From the human T2T-CHM13v2.0 reference genome, Homo sapiens: a stretch of DNA of 64,000 bases. The stretch lies in assembly GCF_009914755.1 (NCBI RefSeq), contig NC_060939.1. The stretch is one strand, 5' to 3'. Numbering within the stretch: the stretch's first letter is position 1; every line of letters starts with the position of its first letter. Below, in pieces: positions 17,284-33,684 of this stretch. Under the pieces are notes generated by a model. That model did no database searches and was not told the DNA's origin. It was given only the letters and a program-made list of their open reading frames with translations. Both the position numbers and the translations under genes were made by a program.

Positions 17284-18299
17284 ATGGGGAAAAAACAGAA
17301 CAGAAAAACTGGAAACTATAAAAAGCAGAGCACCTCTCCTCCTCCAAAGGAATGCAGTTCCTCACCAGCAACGGAACAAAGCTGGATGGAGAATGACTTT
17401 GACGAGCTGAGAGAAGAAGGCTTCAGACGATCAAATTACTCTGAGCTATGGGAGGACATTCAAACCAAAGGCAAAGAAGTTGAAAACTTTGAAAAAAATT
17501 TAGAAGAATGTATAACTAGAATAACCAATACAGAGAAGTGCTTAAAGGAGCTGATGGAGCTGAAAACCAAGGCTCGAGAACTACATGAAGAATGCAGAAG
17601 CCTCAGGAGCCGATGCGATCAACTGGAAGAAAGGGTATCAGCAATGGAAGATGAAATGAATGAAATGAAGTGAGAAGGGAAGTTTAGAGAAAAAAGAATA
17701 AAAAGAAATGAGCAAAGCCTCCAAGAAATATGGGACTATGTGAAAAGACCAAATCTACGTCTGATTGGTGTACCTGAAAGTGATGGGGAAATGGAACCAA
17801 GTTGGAAAACACTCTGCAGGATATTATCCAGGAGAACTTCCCCAATCTAGCAAGGCAGGCCAACATTCAGATTCAGGAAATACAGAGAACACCACAAAGA
17901 TACTCCTCCAGAAGAGCAACTCCAAGACACATAATTGTCAGATTCACCAAAGTTGAAATGAAGGAAAAAATGTTAAGGGCAGCCAGAGAGAAAGGTCGGG
18001 TTACCCGCAAAGGGAAGCCCATCAGACTAACAGCGGATCTCTTGGCAGAAACCCTACAAGCCAGAAGAGAGTGGGGGCCAATATTCAACATTCTTAAAGA
18101 AAAGAATTTTCAACCCAGAATTTCATATCCAGCCAAACTAAGCTTCATAAGTGAAGGAGAAATAAAATACTTTAGAGACAAGCAAATGCTGAGAGATTTT
18201 GTCACCACCAGGCCTGCCCTAAAAGAGCTCCCGAAGGAAGCACTAAACATGGAAAGGAACAACCGGTACCAGCCGCTGCAAAACCATGCCAAAATGTAA
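17284..18299 (+). pseudogene. L1 ORF1 (RNA-binding/chaperone protein), disrupted
   Basis: MGKKQNRKTG...QNHAKM; TGA at 17671-17673 and a 1-bp deletion near 17789. Confidence 0.95.
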
Positions 18300-18362
18300 A
18301 GACCATTGAGACTAGGAAGAAACTGCATCAACTAACGAGCAAAATAGCCAGCTAACATCATC

Positions 18363-22190
<3,828 letters not shown>

Positions 22191-24204
22191 ACAATGAGAT
22201 CACATGGACACAGGAAGGGGAACATCACACTCTGGGGACTGTTGTGGGGTGGGGGGAGGGGGGAGGGATAGCTTTGGGAGATATACCTAATGCTAGATGA
22301 CGAGTTAGTGGGTGCAGCACACCAGCATGGCACATGTATACATATGTAACTAACCTGCACAATGTGCACATGTACCCTAAAACTTAAAGTATAATAATAG
22401 AAAAAAAAAAGAAATTTACTTGACCCATTAAAAAAAAAAAAAAGAAAACAACTGGGATTTTTGAGGGAAAAAATGCAAATTGCTGGATAGCAATGAATGC
22501 AGATTCACACTGTTCTCCACATCTCCTTACAGATAAGCTTACATTTAGTGAGAACTTACTGACTGCTGGGCAAGGTGCTCTGTGAGGATCCAACTGATCC
22601 TCAAGAACATTTGTAAAAGAATATAAGTAAATTATTATTCTAGGTTCTTACAAATTTTGGTTCCAATGTTCTATAGTTGTCTCATGCACACCTCAATGTA
22701 CAGTGATTACATCTTGTAGAAAGCAATTTGTCTTTAGTTTACACATTCATAATTTCAATTATTAAAAAACTGAAACTCTCTTTACATAGTTGTACTTTAT
22801 TTAATATATTTAATATATTTATATATTTAATTTTATATATTTAGTTATGGAATTGCAATAACTATTACTGGCATAAATAGGATTGGAAATGAAAATGCTG
22901 TTGGAAGTATGCAACTCAATTGGCATTCAACATCGCTGAGGACATCGGTCTATATGTTTTAAAGGGGAAATGAAGAATCTCCAATCTCTTCCCAGCTATA
23001 GGCTGTACAACTTTCTAGTTCTTTGTATATTTATTCTTAGAATATCTCTGAATGAAAGAATGCGTATAAATGCAAAGTAGACAAAAGGCAATGTCAAAAT
23101 TACAGGCTGCTGGGTGTGATGACACATAATCTAAGTGTTGTGATTACGAATAACACGTGCTCATTAAAAATTATATATATATGTGAATATTCTAATGTGT
23201 TAATCTTTAAATATTTTGAGCAATTGTTATGTGTTTTTATACTTTTCTAAGAGTTTTCTACTGAAGCATCAAAAACATGTTGCAAATGTGTTAAGGGCCA
23301 AAATATATAACCAAATAAATTATGTTTCTTCATTCTAACATAATATTCTTAACGGTAAAAATGCTTAGGAGCCTACTCCAGAGCAATCTTTTATGTCATA
23401 TGCTACATTAAAATGACATAATTAAAATATATTTCAACTGAGGTATATATTTTTGATTTGATAAAATAATTTGAAAGATGTCAACTCAAAACACATAATG
23501 CCAATTATTTTAGTAAAATAAAACAGAGGCAGTTTTTTTCTAATAAGAATATGCCTGGCCTGAAGTCACACCTTCTTGTGCATCTAACAGTATTCTCATT
23601 TTATCATATTTTTAAAATCCACACCTCATATTTTCTGTTACCTTATACGGATGGTGCTAATGACACACGTAGCAAACCTTCTATTTAGCTCTGTAGTTGA
23701 ATGGATTTGTTTAATTTCAGCTGTCATATAATGTGAAAAAAAATTCTAGTAACCCTATGAGTTAAAATATGTTAGAACCATGAAAGCAAATGTTTCACAA
23801 ACAGCAATAATTTATTGATCACATTCTCTGCCAGCATAAAATTAAAAGTGCAGAATATGTCCATTTGGGAAGGCTGATGACTTACTTTTCTGAATGACTT
23901 AAAAGAAACTTTGAACAAGTTTCTTTTTAAAGCAGATAAAATGAATTAAAGGTTAGGAATGTTGTTTCTTCCTTACATGTCACAAGGAATAATTTACTAT
24001 GGTTCACAGAGTAGTTTCTCAGTGACTTAAATTACAAAAGAAATAATCTCTAAGTTTAATAATTAAAACAATAAAAGGATAAATAAAATATTCTCACTTG
24101 CCCTTCTGTGCCAGTCCTACACCCTTAATTATCTAGTATAAATGACTTCCTGTGTATCTTTTTTTGGTGCTATCTCCTGTGCATTTATTAACCTGTGCAG
24201 ACAC

Positions 24205-24590
24205 ATGGGTTGTTTTCAATTGAGCTCTCAAAAAAACAGACTCTGAGACAGGCTGTTGCGTGTGGAGTCTTTGCAGTGAGCACTTCAGAATACACCTCTA
24301 AGATACCCACTTAAGGAAGTGAGGAAGGCAGCACTGGACAGAAGGACAAGCTGATCTTGGATGAAGTTGCAACTGATGCTTTGGTCAAACTTACAGATAA
24401 ACTCTACAGGCAATGGTGCTAGGATTTTTTATCCCCACATCAGTCACTTATTGGCCAATCTTTGGAAGTAGTTCCCAGAAAAGTATAAAACTCAGAGCCA
24501 TCATTAGTTGATAATCTGAGCAACTGCGGAATGGCCCTGAAGAAGGAATCTGAGTGGAGGACTCCACAATATCCTCCATGTCGACATATG
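24205..24590. mobile_element. Old ERVL-type LTR fragment (LTR33/LTR16-like)
   Basis: AACAGACTCTGAGACAGG..GGAAGTGAGGAAGGCAGCACTGGACAGAAGG..GAAGTTGCAAC resembles these families; highly diverged. Confidence 0.4.
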
Positions 24591-25866
24591 CAGTTAAGAT
24601 TTCCACTGATTTAATAAAAAATAAAATCACATATGCATGACTTTAGTTATTTGCATTTTTATTTAACTATGTAATGTACACATCCTTCTAAGTGAAAGTA
24701 TATAGTTCTGTCTCATTCATTTTAGTGGTTACCTAATAATCATAATATACATTTAATTTGTTTTTGTTTTCTTTGTTGCTAATGCAAACAATGCTACAGT
24801 ATCTTTCCATGTATGTTTTTCTGAATTTATACTTTATTAAGAATTTCATTTTACCCAATATGGATTTAAAAACTTTAATGAATGTAAAATTAACAATTTT
24901 GTTTACTAATTAATTAAATTAATAATATTAATTGCTAGGTAATTAATAATTCCAATAATTGTTTTATCATACAAATAATTTAATTAACTTGTTAAATAAA
25001 TTTCCAGAAGTTCAACTGCTGAATCAAGCCCACATGTTTGTTTAAATAACCCATAGATTATTTTGCTAAATTGATATAGTACATACACTACCACAAAGTT
25101 TATAGAAATATCTGTTTAATCTGAATGTTTTCAACATAAATATATATATATATATTTTGCCAATAAGGACCAGAAAATGTTATCTGTTATTTTAATTTGT
25201 ATTTTCTTGACCTTTGGCACATTTGTATATTTTTTAATGTGTTTGTCATCTATTTGCTTTGCCTACTTTTCCTTTTCCTCTTTTTTTGGTGGCAGATTTT
25301 GTTTATCTTGTTTTCATTAATATATCCTATGTGTTTTAATATTTTCACCTAATGAATTGCTTAAATGATTTTGCTTTTGTATCTTTTAGATACAGAAGAT
25401 CTATGTTTGTGTCTTTTATCTTAGTTAAGAAATCCTCTCACTGCAAGGTCCACAAATATTCTGCTATAATTCTTCTAAAATCATTCTAATTTTATTCTTG
25501 TATTTATTATATATATAAAATAAATATATATATATTTAGATGTCTTGATCATATTTAGGAAGTGAAAAACAAATTTCAGAAAAATATGTATAGCATAATC
25601 ATATTTTGGAAAACAAAATAAATAATTTTAAAAACCCTAACATAGTTATGTGTACAGAAGCAGATAAGTCTCTTCTAGTAAAAGTAAAGTCTGCAATAGC
25701 AAGTGCATCAAACTGCAGATGACAGCGACTACCTCTGGCGGATGGAGTTGGACCAAGGAAAGGGGAAGAATTTCATTCTTTATGCCTTTTGAGAAACCGA
25801 AAAAGTAATGATAGAATAGTGGATAATTTTTATATTCTATTTTGGGCTTTACTTTTTTGGTTAAGT

Positions 25867-25869
<3 letters not shown>

Positions 25870-25917
<48 letters not shown>

Positions 25918-26003
25918 CACATACACATATACACATATATACACACATATATATACACACACATTAATGTGTGTGTATATATATACATTTTATATATATA
26001 CAC
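25870..26003. repeat. (TA)n and compound TA/CA microsatellite
   Basis: Directly visible. Confidence 0.95.
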
Positions 26004-26384
26004 ATTAATTATATTTTAATTATGTTTCATTACCAGAAAATAAAATTTAAGACTTTGAGGAATCTATCACTAAGTGGAATAGTTTTGAAAATTTCTTTAA
26101 ATTGAAGATGAATTATTTCTTACATTTATAGATTGTTAAAGCCTTGCCTAGGCCTTATAAAACATTCCTCATAATTATTCATCCCCTTGGGGAAGTGAGA
26201 CTAGAGCAAGCTGCAAGAGGATTGATTAATGATCAGTCCTATCTGAGACTCAGTTTGCAGAAAAGGTAGGTCCTGGCAACAAATGTTTTCATTCCTGAGT
26301 CAGGTTCTCCCTTTAGGACTTCCTGCCTACATTTTTATAGTCTATCTAAAATTTTTTCAGTTTATGGTTTGAGGTAGGGATTTC

Positions 26385-26905
26385 TTTTTTTCAACGTAAG
26401 TTTATATATAATTTATATACAGTAAAATGTTAAGTTTAACAAATTTATGCAGTCATAACTTTCATCAAAATAAAAATACAGAATATTTTCACCACTTCTA
26501 AAAGCTCCTTCATGATCCCTTGTGTTTAATACCTTCCTTACACTCCTAGCCCCTGGCAACAACTGATCTGTCTCCTCTATAGTTTTGCATTTCCCAGGAA
26601 GTCATACGAATGGAAAAATATAGTATGTTGCCTCTTAAGTCTGGCTTCTTTCACTTAGCATAATTCTTTTGAGACTGATCCATATTGCTGTGTGTATATC
26701 AGTAATTTGTTCGTTTGAATTGCTGAATAGTATTCCATTGTACAGATACACTACAATCTGCTTAACCATTTTCAGTTGAAGGACACTTGAGTTGTTTCCA
26801 GTTCCTGGCAATTATGAAAATAATACATTGTTATAAACATTTACATACAAAGCTTTGTATGGATGTATGTTTTCATTCTCTTGGGTAAATATCTAGGAGT
26901 AGATT
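26385..26905 (-). mobile_element. Old L1M (L1MB/MC-like) 3' end
   Basis: CCCCTGGCAACAACTGATCTG..TGGCTTCTTTCACTTAGCATAAT..GGGTAAATATCTAGGAGT. Confidence 0.75.
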
Positions 26906-27243
26906 TTTTTTTCATGGATAGTCCGGTATCCATTGATGGATAATTTTTTTCACTACTGGTTGGAATATTGTTTTAATAAAATACTAACTACCCCTCTTAT
27001 TATTCTTTTATAAGGTTTTCTTGGCAAATCTTACACATTTTTCTTCCATTTTAACTTTTGTGCAATTTAACTGTGTTTCAAAAAGCAAAGTAACAAACAA
27101 ATCCTGCCCTGCCCTAATTTTGATGTTAATACATAAACATATGTAATATATATATTAATTCAAGAAAGATCTGTATTATTATGATATAAAAGTCTTCCCA
27201 TCTAAGAGCATATCATGTCTCTCCATTCATTCAAGTTTTATAT

Positions 27244-27752
27244 ATATATATATATTTTTTAAGATGGAGTCTTGCTCTGTCGCCCAGGCTGGAGTGCAGT
27301 GGCATGATCTCTGCCCATTGCAACCTCCGCCTCCCAGGTTCAAGCCATTCTTCTGCCTCAGCTTCCTGACTAGCTGGGATTACAGGTGCCCATCACCACA
27401 CCCAGCTAATTTTTGTATTTTTTTTTTTTTTTACTGATCATTTAAAACTTTCTTCCCAATTTCTTTCCCCCCAAGACGGAGTATTGCTCCGTCACCCAGG
27501 CTGGAATGCAATGGCATGATCTCGGCTTACTGCAACCTCTGCCTCCCGAGTTCAAGCGAGTCTCATGCCTCAGCATCCTGAGTAGCTGGGACTACAGGTG
27601 TCCACCACCACACCCAGCTAATTTTTGTATTTTTAGTAGAGGTGGAGTTTAACCATCTTGGCCAGGCTGGTCTTGAACTCCTGACTTTGTGATCTACCCA
27701 CCTTGGCCTCCCAAAATGCTGGGATTACAGGCGTGAGCCACCGCACCCAGCC
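27244..27752 (-). mobile_element. Composite AluS with three arms: host Alu plus an extra right arm and unique flank inserted in its linker
   Basis: Outer TSD TCAAGTTTTATAT at 27231-27243 and 27753-27765. Internal T-run, then a 25-bp unique sequence identical to 38757-38781, then a second right arm. Confidence 0.92.
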
Positions 27753-27899
27753 TCAAGTTTTATATTTCTAATTAAATTATATAATTGTTTTTTCTGAGAG
27801 GTTATGTACTATTGTTAAATTTATTCTTAGGTACTTCATGTACTTTTTGTTGTTATAATCAATTAGATATTTTTCTATTTTAATTTCTAACTGGTACAT

Positions 27900-28400
27900 A
27901 TTCAATTAATTTATTCAACAGAAACTTACTGAACACATACTTGTTATCTGGAACAGTTTTAGGTACTATCAATTAAACAGCAAATAACATCAATAAATTC
28001 CTTGTACTTGTACAGGTTATATTCAAATGGTGAGAGGCAGGATACACACACACACAGAGACACACACACACATATCAGGTGGTCATAAGTGCTATGCCAA
28101 TAATTTATTTTAAATTGACTTCCATGTTAGGTTACCTAAGGAAAACTACATAACTATATAATAGAATCTAATTCCTGAGTCTTGAAGCACTCAGACTTTG
28201 GGAGACAAAGAAAAATAGGCCTGTGCAGTAGACAAATAAAAAGTGACCAGTGAGGCAAGAAGGAAATTGTCATGTCTGATATCTTTAAAGCAAAATGAAG
28301 AGTGTTTTTGAGAAAAAAGGGGTGGTCAACTTTGTGTAATGCTGTTGAGAAATCAAATAAGATGAGAATATAAAATTGAACATTGAATATATATATATAT
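27900..28400 (-). mobile_element. L2 fragments
   Basis: ATTTATTCAACAGAAACTTACTGAACAC..CTGGAACAGTTTTAGGTACT; GGTCAACTTTGTGTAATGCTGTTGAGAAATCAAATAAGATGAG. Confidence 0.55.
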
Positions 28401-28763
28401 ATATATGTCATTGCAAAAACAATAGATAAAATACTCGTTTAGCCAGGCATTCTAGCACAATATATATAATGACTCATTTAAACCTCACCATAACATGAGT
28501 TAGACAGTGGTGTTTCCTCATTTGGGAGGCCTGAAGCAGAGAAAGTTCAAGTGTTTAGGATTTCTGAAAAGCTCCTCAATGATAGGCACACAACTAAACT
28601 TTAATTATTTCAAAGAATTTTAGCTGATTCTCTAAAGTTTTCTAAAATATAATGATATAATCTGAGAATAGTGGTAATGTCTTTGCTTTTGTAGTGCTTC
28701 TGTACTGTGCATATCATTTTGCATTTGATAGAACCTCAAAAACAATGTTGGTAGCAACTATAA

Positions 28764-29067
<304 letters not shown>

Positions 29068-30206
29068 CATCCCTGTCTTATTATTAAAGATATAAGAAAG
29101 GCTTTTAACATTTCTGTATTTGACTTGCTGCTTGTTTTGGCTTTTGGTAAATACTAATTAATGTACATAGAAACGTTTCTTCAAATTCTTAACTATAGGC
29201 TTTAAAAATCAGTTAGAGCAAATGGAATTATGTCAAACATTTTGTCTGCATCTATTAATATAATCTTTTTCTCCTTTTAAATGACTCACGTTGATAGACT
29301 TTCTACTATTAAACCATTCTTGCATTTCCAGACTAAATCTGATTGGTAGCAAATGATTATTTAAAGTTAAATTATTGTATTTGTTTTGTTAATAGTTAAA
29401 CATTTTGCTTTTAGATGCTGGATCTGGCTTAGTTACTTTGTAATCATATTAATATTTCTACAGAAAAGTGTTTGAACTGGACTTAGGAAGTCAGGTTTTT
29501 CTACCCAATCAATTTTTGAAAAAAAACTTTTGGTTTTAGATGTAAGAACTGTGGGAGATCCTGTATCTGTATAAGAATTTTATGCTTCTTAAGAGTTCTA
29601 TCTGCATCTGATCTTATCACTTTTTCAATGGTAAAATGTTAACATCTTCTATAATTATTGGTATGCTCAAAATTTCTATTGTTGGATCAATATTTAACAT
29701 TTTTATTTTGCAGGGAATGTATCCATTTTCCTCTTTTTCCATTTATTGCTTTGGTGTAGAGATGAGAAATCAATCAAGCATTGGAGTTTGGAACGTATCT
29801 AGGGTCTTGGATGAGAAAAACATCAGTAAAGGAATAAAAGAAGAAATAGACAAAAAGCTGCAAGAAAAAGTTTGTTAGAGTAGGATTACATGAGTTAAAG
29901 AAAATTTCAGATGAATTAACCTTGCTCTAGGTCCCAATTTACATAAATATTTGCACCCATTTTATCTGGACTTTAAGTTTTAGAATTGGGCTGTCCGTAT
30001 TACTGGTGTCTTCTAGATAGTATCTCCTATGAAGGGAGAGGCTCCTAATACCAAATTAATCTTACCGGTGTCCTTGAATCTGCAGTCACTTAAAATCAGT
30101 ATATACTCCTAAAGAGATACTGTGAAAAAGGACCTAGGGAGACTTCAAGAGTGACTTGGGATAATCTCTGATTTAGGAGAAATCAAACTTTACAGCGCTT
30201 CTTCTA

Positions 30207-30471
30207 TTTTTTTCCCCCGAGACAGGTTCTCATTCTGTCACCCAGGTGAAATCATGGTTCACTGCAGCCTGGGTTCGGTTGATCCTCCCATGTTCCTGTG
30301 TTGCTGGGACCACAGGCATGTGGACCATGCTTGGCTCATTTGTTTTTATTTTTGTAGAGATGGGTCTCAATATGTTTCCCAGACTGGTCATGAACTCCTG
30401 GGATCAAGCAGTCCTCTGGCCTTGGCTTCCCAAAGTGCTGGGATTACAGGTGGGAACCACTATGCCTGGCC
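30207..30471 (-). mobile_element. AluJ-like, degraded
   Basis: CACTGCAGCCT..GAACTCCTGGGATCAAGCAGTCCTC..ATGCCTGGCC. Confidence 0.85.
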
Positions 30472-31065
30472 TATTTTGGTTTTCTTTATGCCTCCATCGA
30501 TCCTCTTGAGGCAACACTCTTCACGGCACTGAATCCAGAATCAGCGTATTCAGATGCAATCTGTCCACTACATTATTGATATTTCACTTTCAAGATTAAG
30601 ATGGAAAAATTTTGAGTTTTCAAGTCTTCCTTAAGAATAACAATCTTGAGAAATTCAGTCAATAATGTTCAGAGACCCTTGGGAACTATAAAGCAGAATT
30701 AACTACAGTTGAAATTTGTAATAGTTTCCTTCACATTAATTTAATATTAAATTCATATTTTTATTTTTTTCAGACCAAAGTTACTTACTGAGAGAAATCA
30801 ATTACAGGAAGAAAAACATCTAATAACTTAAATCCCCCAGTGATCAACTAGTTTATGTATTGTTTTGGTTAATAATCCTGAGGCTTTCAGATTTAGAATT
30901 TATCAGGAAGGATTAAAAGATGTTGCATGTTGTAATCTTCTTTATGAGAGTTGTATTTGGACTTACATGTTTCTACCAGTTCTTGGAAGTCACTGTACAG
31001 TATTTCAGACAAAATATATTTCTACAACCCTTTGTTTAATGTTCCCATAGTCATTTAAATATCTA

Positions 31066-31221
31066 TTTTTTTAAATTTTAAGTTCTGGGATACATGTGCT
31101 GAACATGCAGGTTTGTTACATAGTTATACGTGTACCATCATGGTTTGCTGCACCTATCAACCTGTCATCTAGGTTTTAAGCCCCACATGCATTGGGGAAA
31201 GGGGAGGGAGAGCATTAGGAC
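31066..31221 (-). mobile_element. Tiny L1PA8-like 3' end with 5' inversion (twin priming)
   Basis: 31066-31193 is antisense 3'UTR (CTAGGTTTTAAGCCCCACATGCATT). 31194-31221 is the adjacent 3'UTR in the opposite orientation. TSD AAATATCTA(T/A)TTT at 31057 and 31222. Confidence 0.85.
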
Positions 31222-32559
31222 AAATATCTAATTTGTTTTAATTTACTCTTGATTTGAAGAGCTTCTCCTTCCAAAAACCCATTTTAGAGTTTGAATTGTT
31301 TTAGCTGTTAATTTTTCTTTTCTTGCTGACCATGGACTAGACAAATAAATATTGACTTTCAGTAGTTTACTTAAACTTTTGGTTCCAGAAAAACAAAGGG
31401 GTCTTTGTAGTTGAAATAAAGACATGTTTATATTTCATCCTATTAATCTGTCTATCAAAATAGATCCACCATACAGATATTTCTAGGCAAAAAGCATCAG
31501 TTAGCGGTATTTACCACTTTATTCAAAGGCTTCACAAAAGGAGCATTTTTCAATCAAAAATTGCTCTTTTCCTTGGCAATCATATCCAGCCAAGGTTTAA
31601 AGACTGTTAGAAGATCACACAGTGATCTTTAATTTGTAATCAACTATTAATATATAGTTTTTAAACAAGTCTGAATTAGACAAAATGCAAGGTTGGTAGA
31701 AGAAAAAAATCTGTTAAGGTTGAGTCCTTGTTCATATCTTATTTTCAGGCTGTCTCACTTATCATTCTCCCATATAGCATTATTCTTTTTGGTACTGCCT
31801 GACCGAGATTCCTGATTTTATGAAACATGGAAACACTCCATTTTGTGGCAAAATTTCTGTTTTTTGTTAGTAGATCATTGAAATTACATTTTGGATAACA
31901 GATCATCAGAAAGAGGCAAGAAAGAAAATCCAGAATAAATGAAAGAAGTACTGGGAAACAGCACTGGGAAACATGATTTGGGGAAAAACAGAGAATTTTC
32001 AGTGTGAAAAGTGAAATGTCCTTTTTGGAGGCATCTGTAAATCCTATACTTCATTATAGAATAATCCCCTTAGCATACTTCAGAATTTTTTTTAATTCAT
32101 TTTTAATAATTTATTTTTTTCCAGGTATTGGGTAAGTTTAATTTAGAAGGAGCTTAGGATACTTGGACAGCCTCAAAATCATGGCTATAAAGTTCTTTTT
32201 CTCAAGAAGAGCTCTCTTTTTTGGCTTAAGTTCTCTTGTTGCATTTCCTAATCGTCTCAATTGGAACTGATCCTGTCGATACTCTCTTAGGAACATTTTT
32301 AAAACAACTCACCTGCCTTTGGTATGGGTTTCTATATAATCTAGGGACTTATATACATATGTTACCTCTCCTACCCCCACTGACCAGGTACCAAGCAACT
32401 TGGGGGTCAGTCCTGTTTCACATCCATTTTGAAAAAAGGCAGCAGGTAATAATTAAATTAGTAAATAAATATGCCTATGGTTACTGACTAGATCTTGCTC
32501 ATCTTTGTATGACTTGCAGCACCTATGGAAGCCACAAATAATGCTTAACAGAGATAGTC

Positions 32560-33130
32560 TTACTGTGCTTTAATCCCATTCCCAACCATCCTTCATATTG
32601 ATTGATACCCAAGTGACTGTTCTGATATACAAATCCTTTACTATTATTCCCTCACTTAAAATTCTCTTGATATAGATCTGCCTCGGTCTCTGTCTCCTAT
32701 CCTCAGCTACCACTGCACTGCATGCTCTTCACACCATATAGATATATAAAACTTAGTCTGAGTTCCTCATATGCTCTCTCAGGCTCTTTCACTACTCTGA
32801 GCCATCTTGCATGCTGTTCCCTTAGCATAGACTATCTTTTTTCTTCTAAGTCCTTTGTGTCCTTTAAAACTCATTTAGTTTATTAGAAATTTTTTCTAGA
32901 CGCCCCACTTTACCTATTGACTTTAGTTTCCAGGTATAGTCTTCCCCTAGAATATCTTTCGTATGTATCTTTGGCCAAGATTTAAAAATGCAGTATTATA
33001 ATTGTTGGTTTACTTGACTAATTTCTCCCAGGAGAATATAGAACTTCTGAAGATAGTATGTAGTCTAGTGCTTAGCAGACAGAGTACAGCCACATAATAG
33101 ATTCTTGATGAATAATATTGACTGAATAAA
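32560..33130 (+). mobile_element. L2 3' fragment
   Basis: TCCCTCACTTAAAATTCTC..CTTGCATGCTGTTCCCTT..ends TATTGACTGAATAAA. Confidence 0.5.
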
Positions 33131-33684
33131 TACTGCCTTTTGTACAAATCCAAGTCATTCTAAACCAGAGGATTGGAAAGAAAGTCATTGAATTCTCAGA
33201 ATACATAAACATATGTGAAATGAGTATAAACATAATTATAGTCATCAAATTGTTTTTAGTGTGATAGGAGCTTTGGGAAAGTAATGTTATATTTTTTAAA
33301 GAAGCGTGAATAGTACTATCAAAATCTTATAACTGCCAGTCATCTGTTTTAAGCCAATGGCTCTTAACAAGGGCTGTGCATCACTTTTAGTATTCCAAGA
33401 TTAGGTATGGGCTGGCTCCTGGGCATATGTAATATCACAAAGTTTCCTACAATATTCTTATGTGTTCTCAGTGAAAAAAAAATGTATGGAAGTTTATCAG
33501 ATTTTTGAATAAATCACTTTAGTCAAAAGCAATCAGCATGCCAATGTCAGTTTCTTTTTTCCACTCCTAAAATTATTCATCTGTCCCTGAAAATATTTGC
33601 ATTGCTGTTGACACATAGATATTAAAATATTCTTGATCCCAGTGTTCAAACCAGTGCCTGCCTTAATATCCAGAGAGTTTGCCA

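Noticed and set aside
30762-30831. Acceptor-like TTTTTTTTCAG followed by a short open frame (PKLLTERNQLQEEKHLIT*)
   Set aside because: No partner exons or recognisable protein; such acceptors are common in AT-rich DNA.
31246-31340. Possible 90-nt minus-strand exon (PWSARKEKLTAKTIQTLKW..)
   Set aside because: Weak donor (AGA|GTAAAT) and no recognisable product; needs RNA evidence.
32006-32016. IRF/ISRE-like GAAAAGTGAAA (also AAGTGAAA twice at ~46503)
   Set aside because: Single short motifs, plausible by chance in 64 kb of AT-rich DNA.
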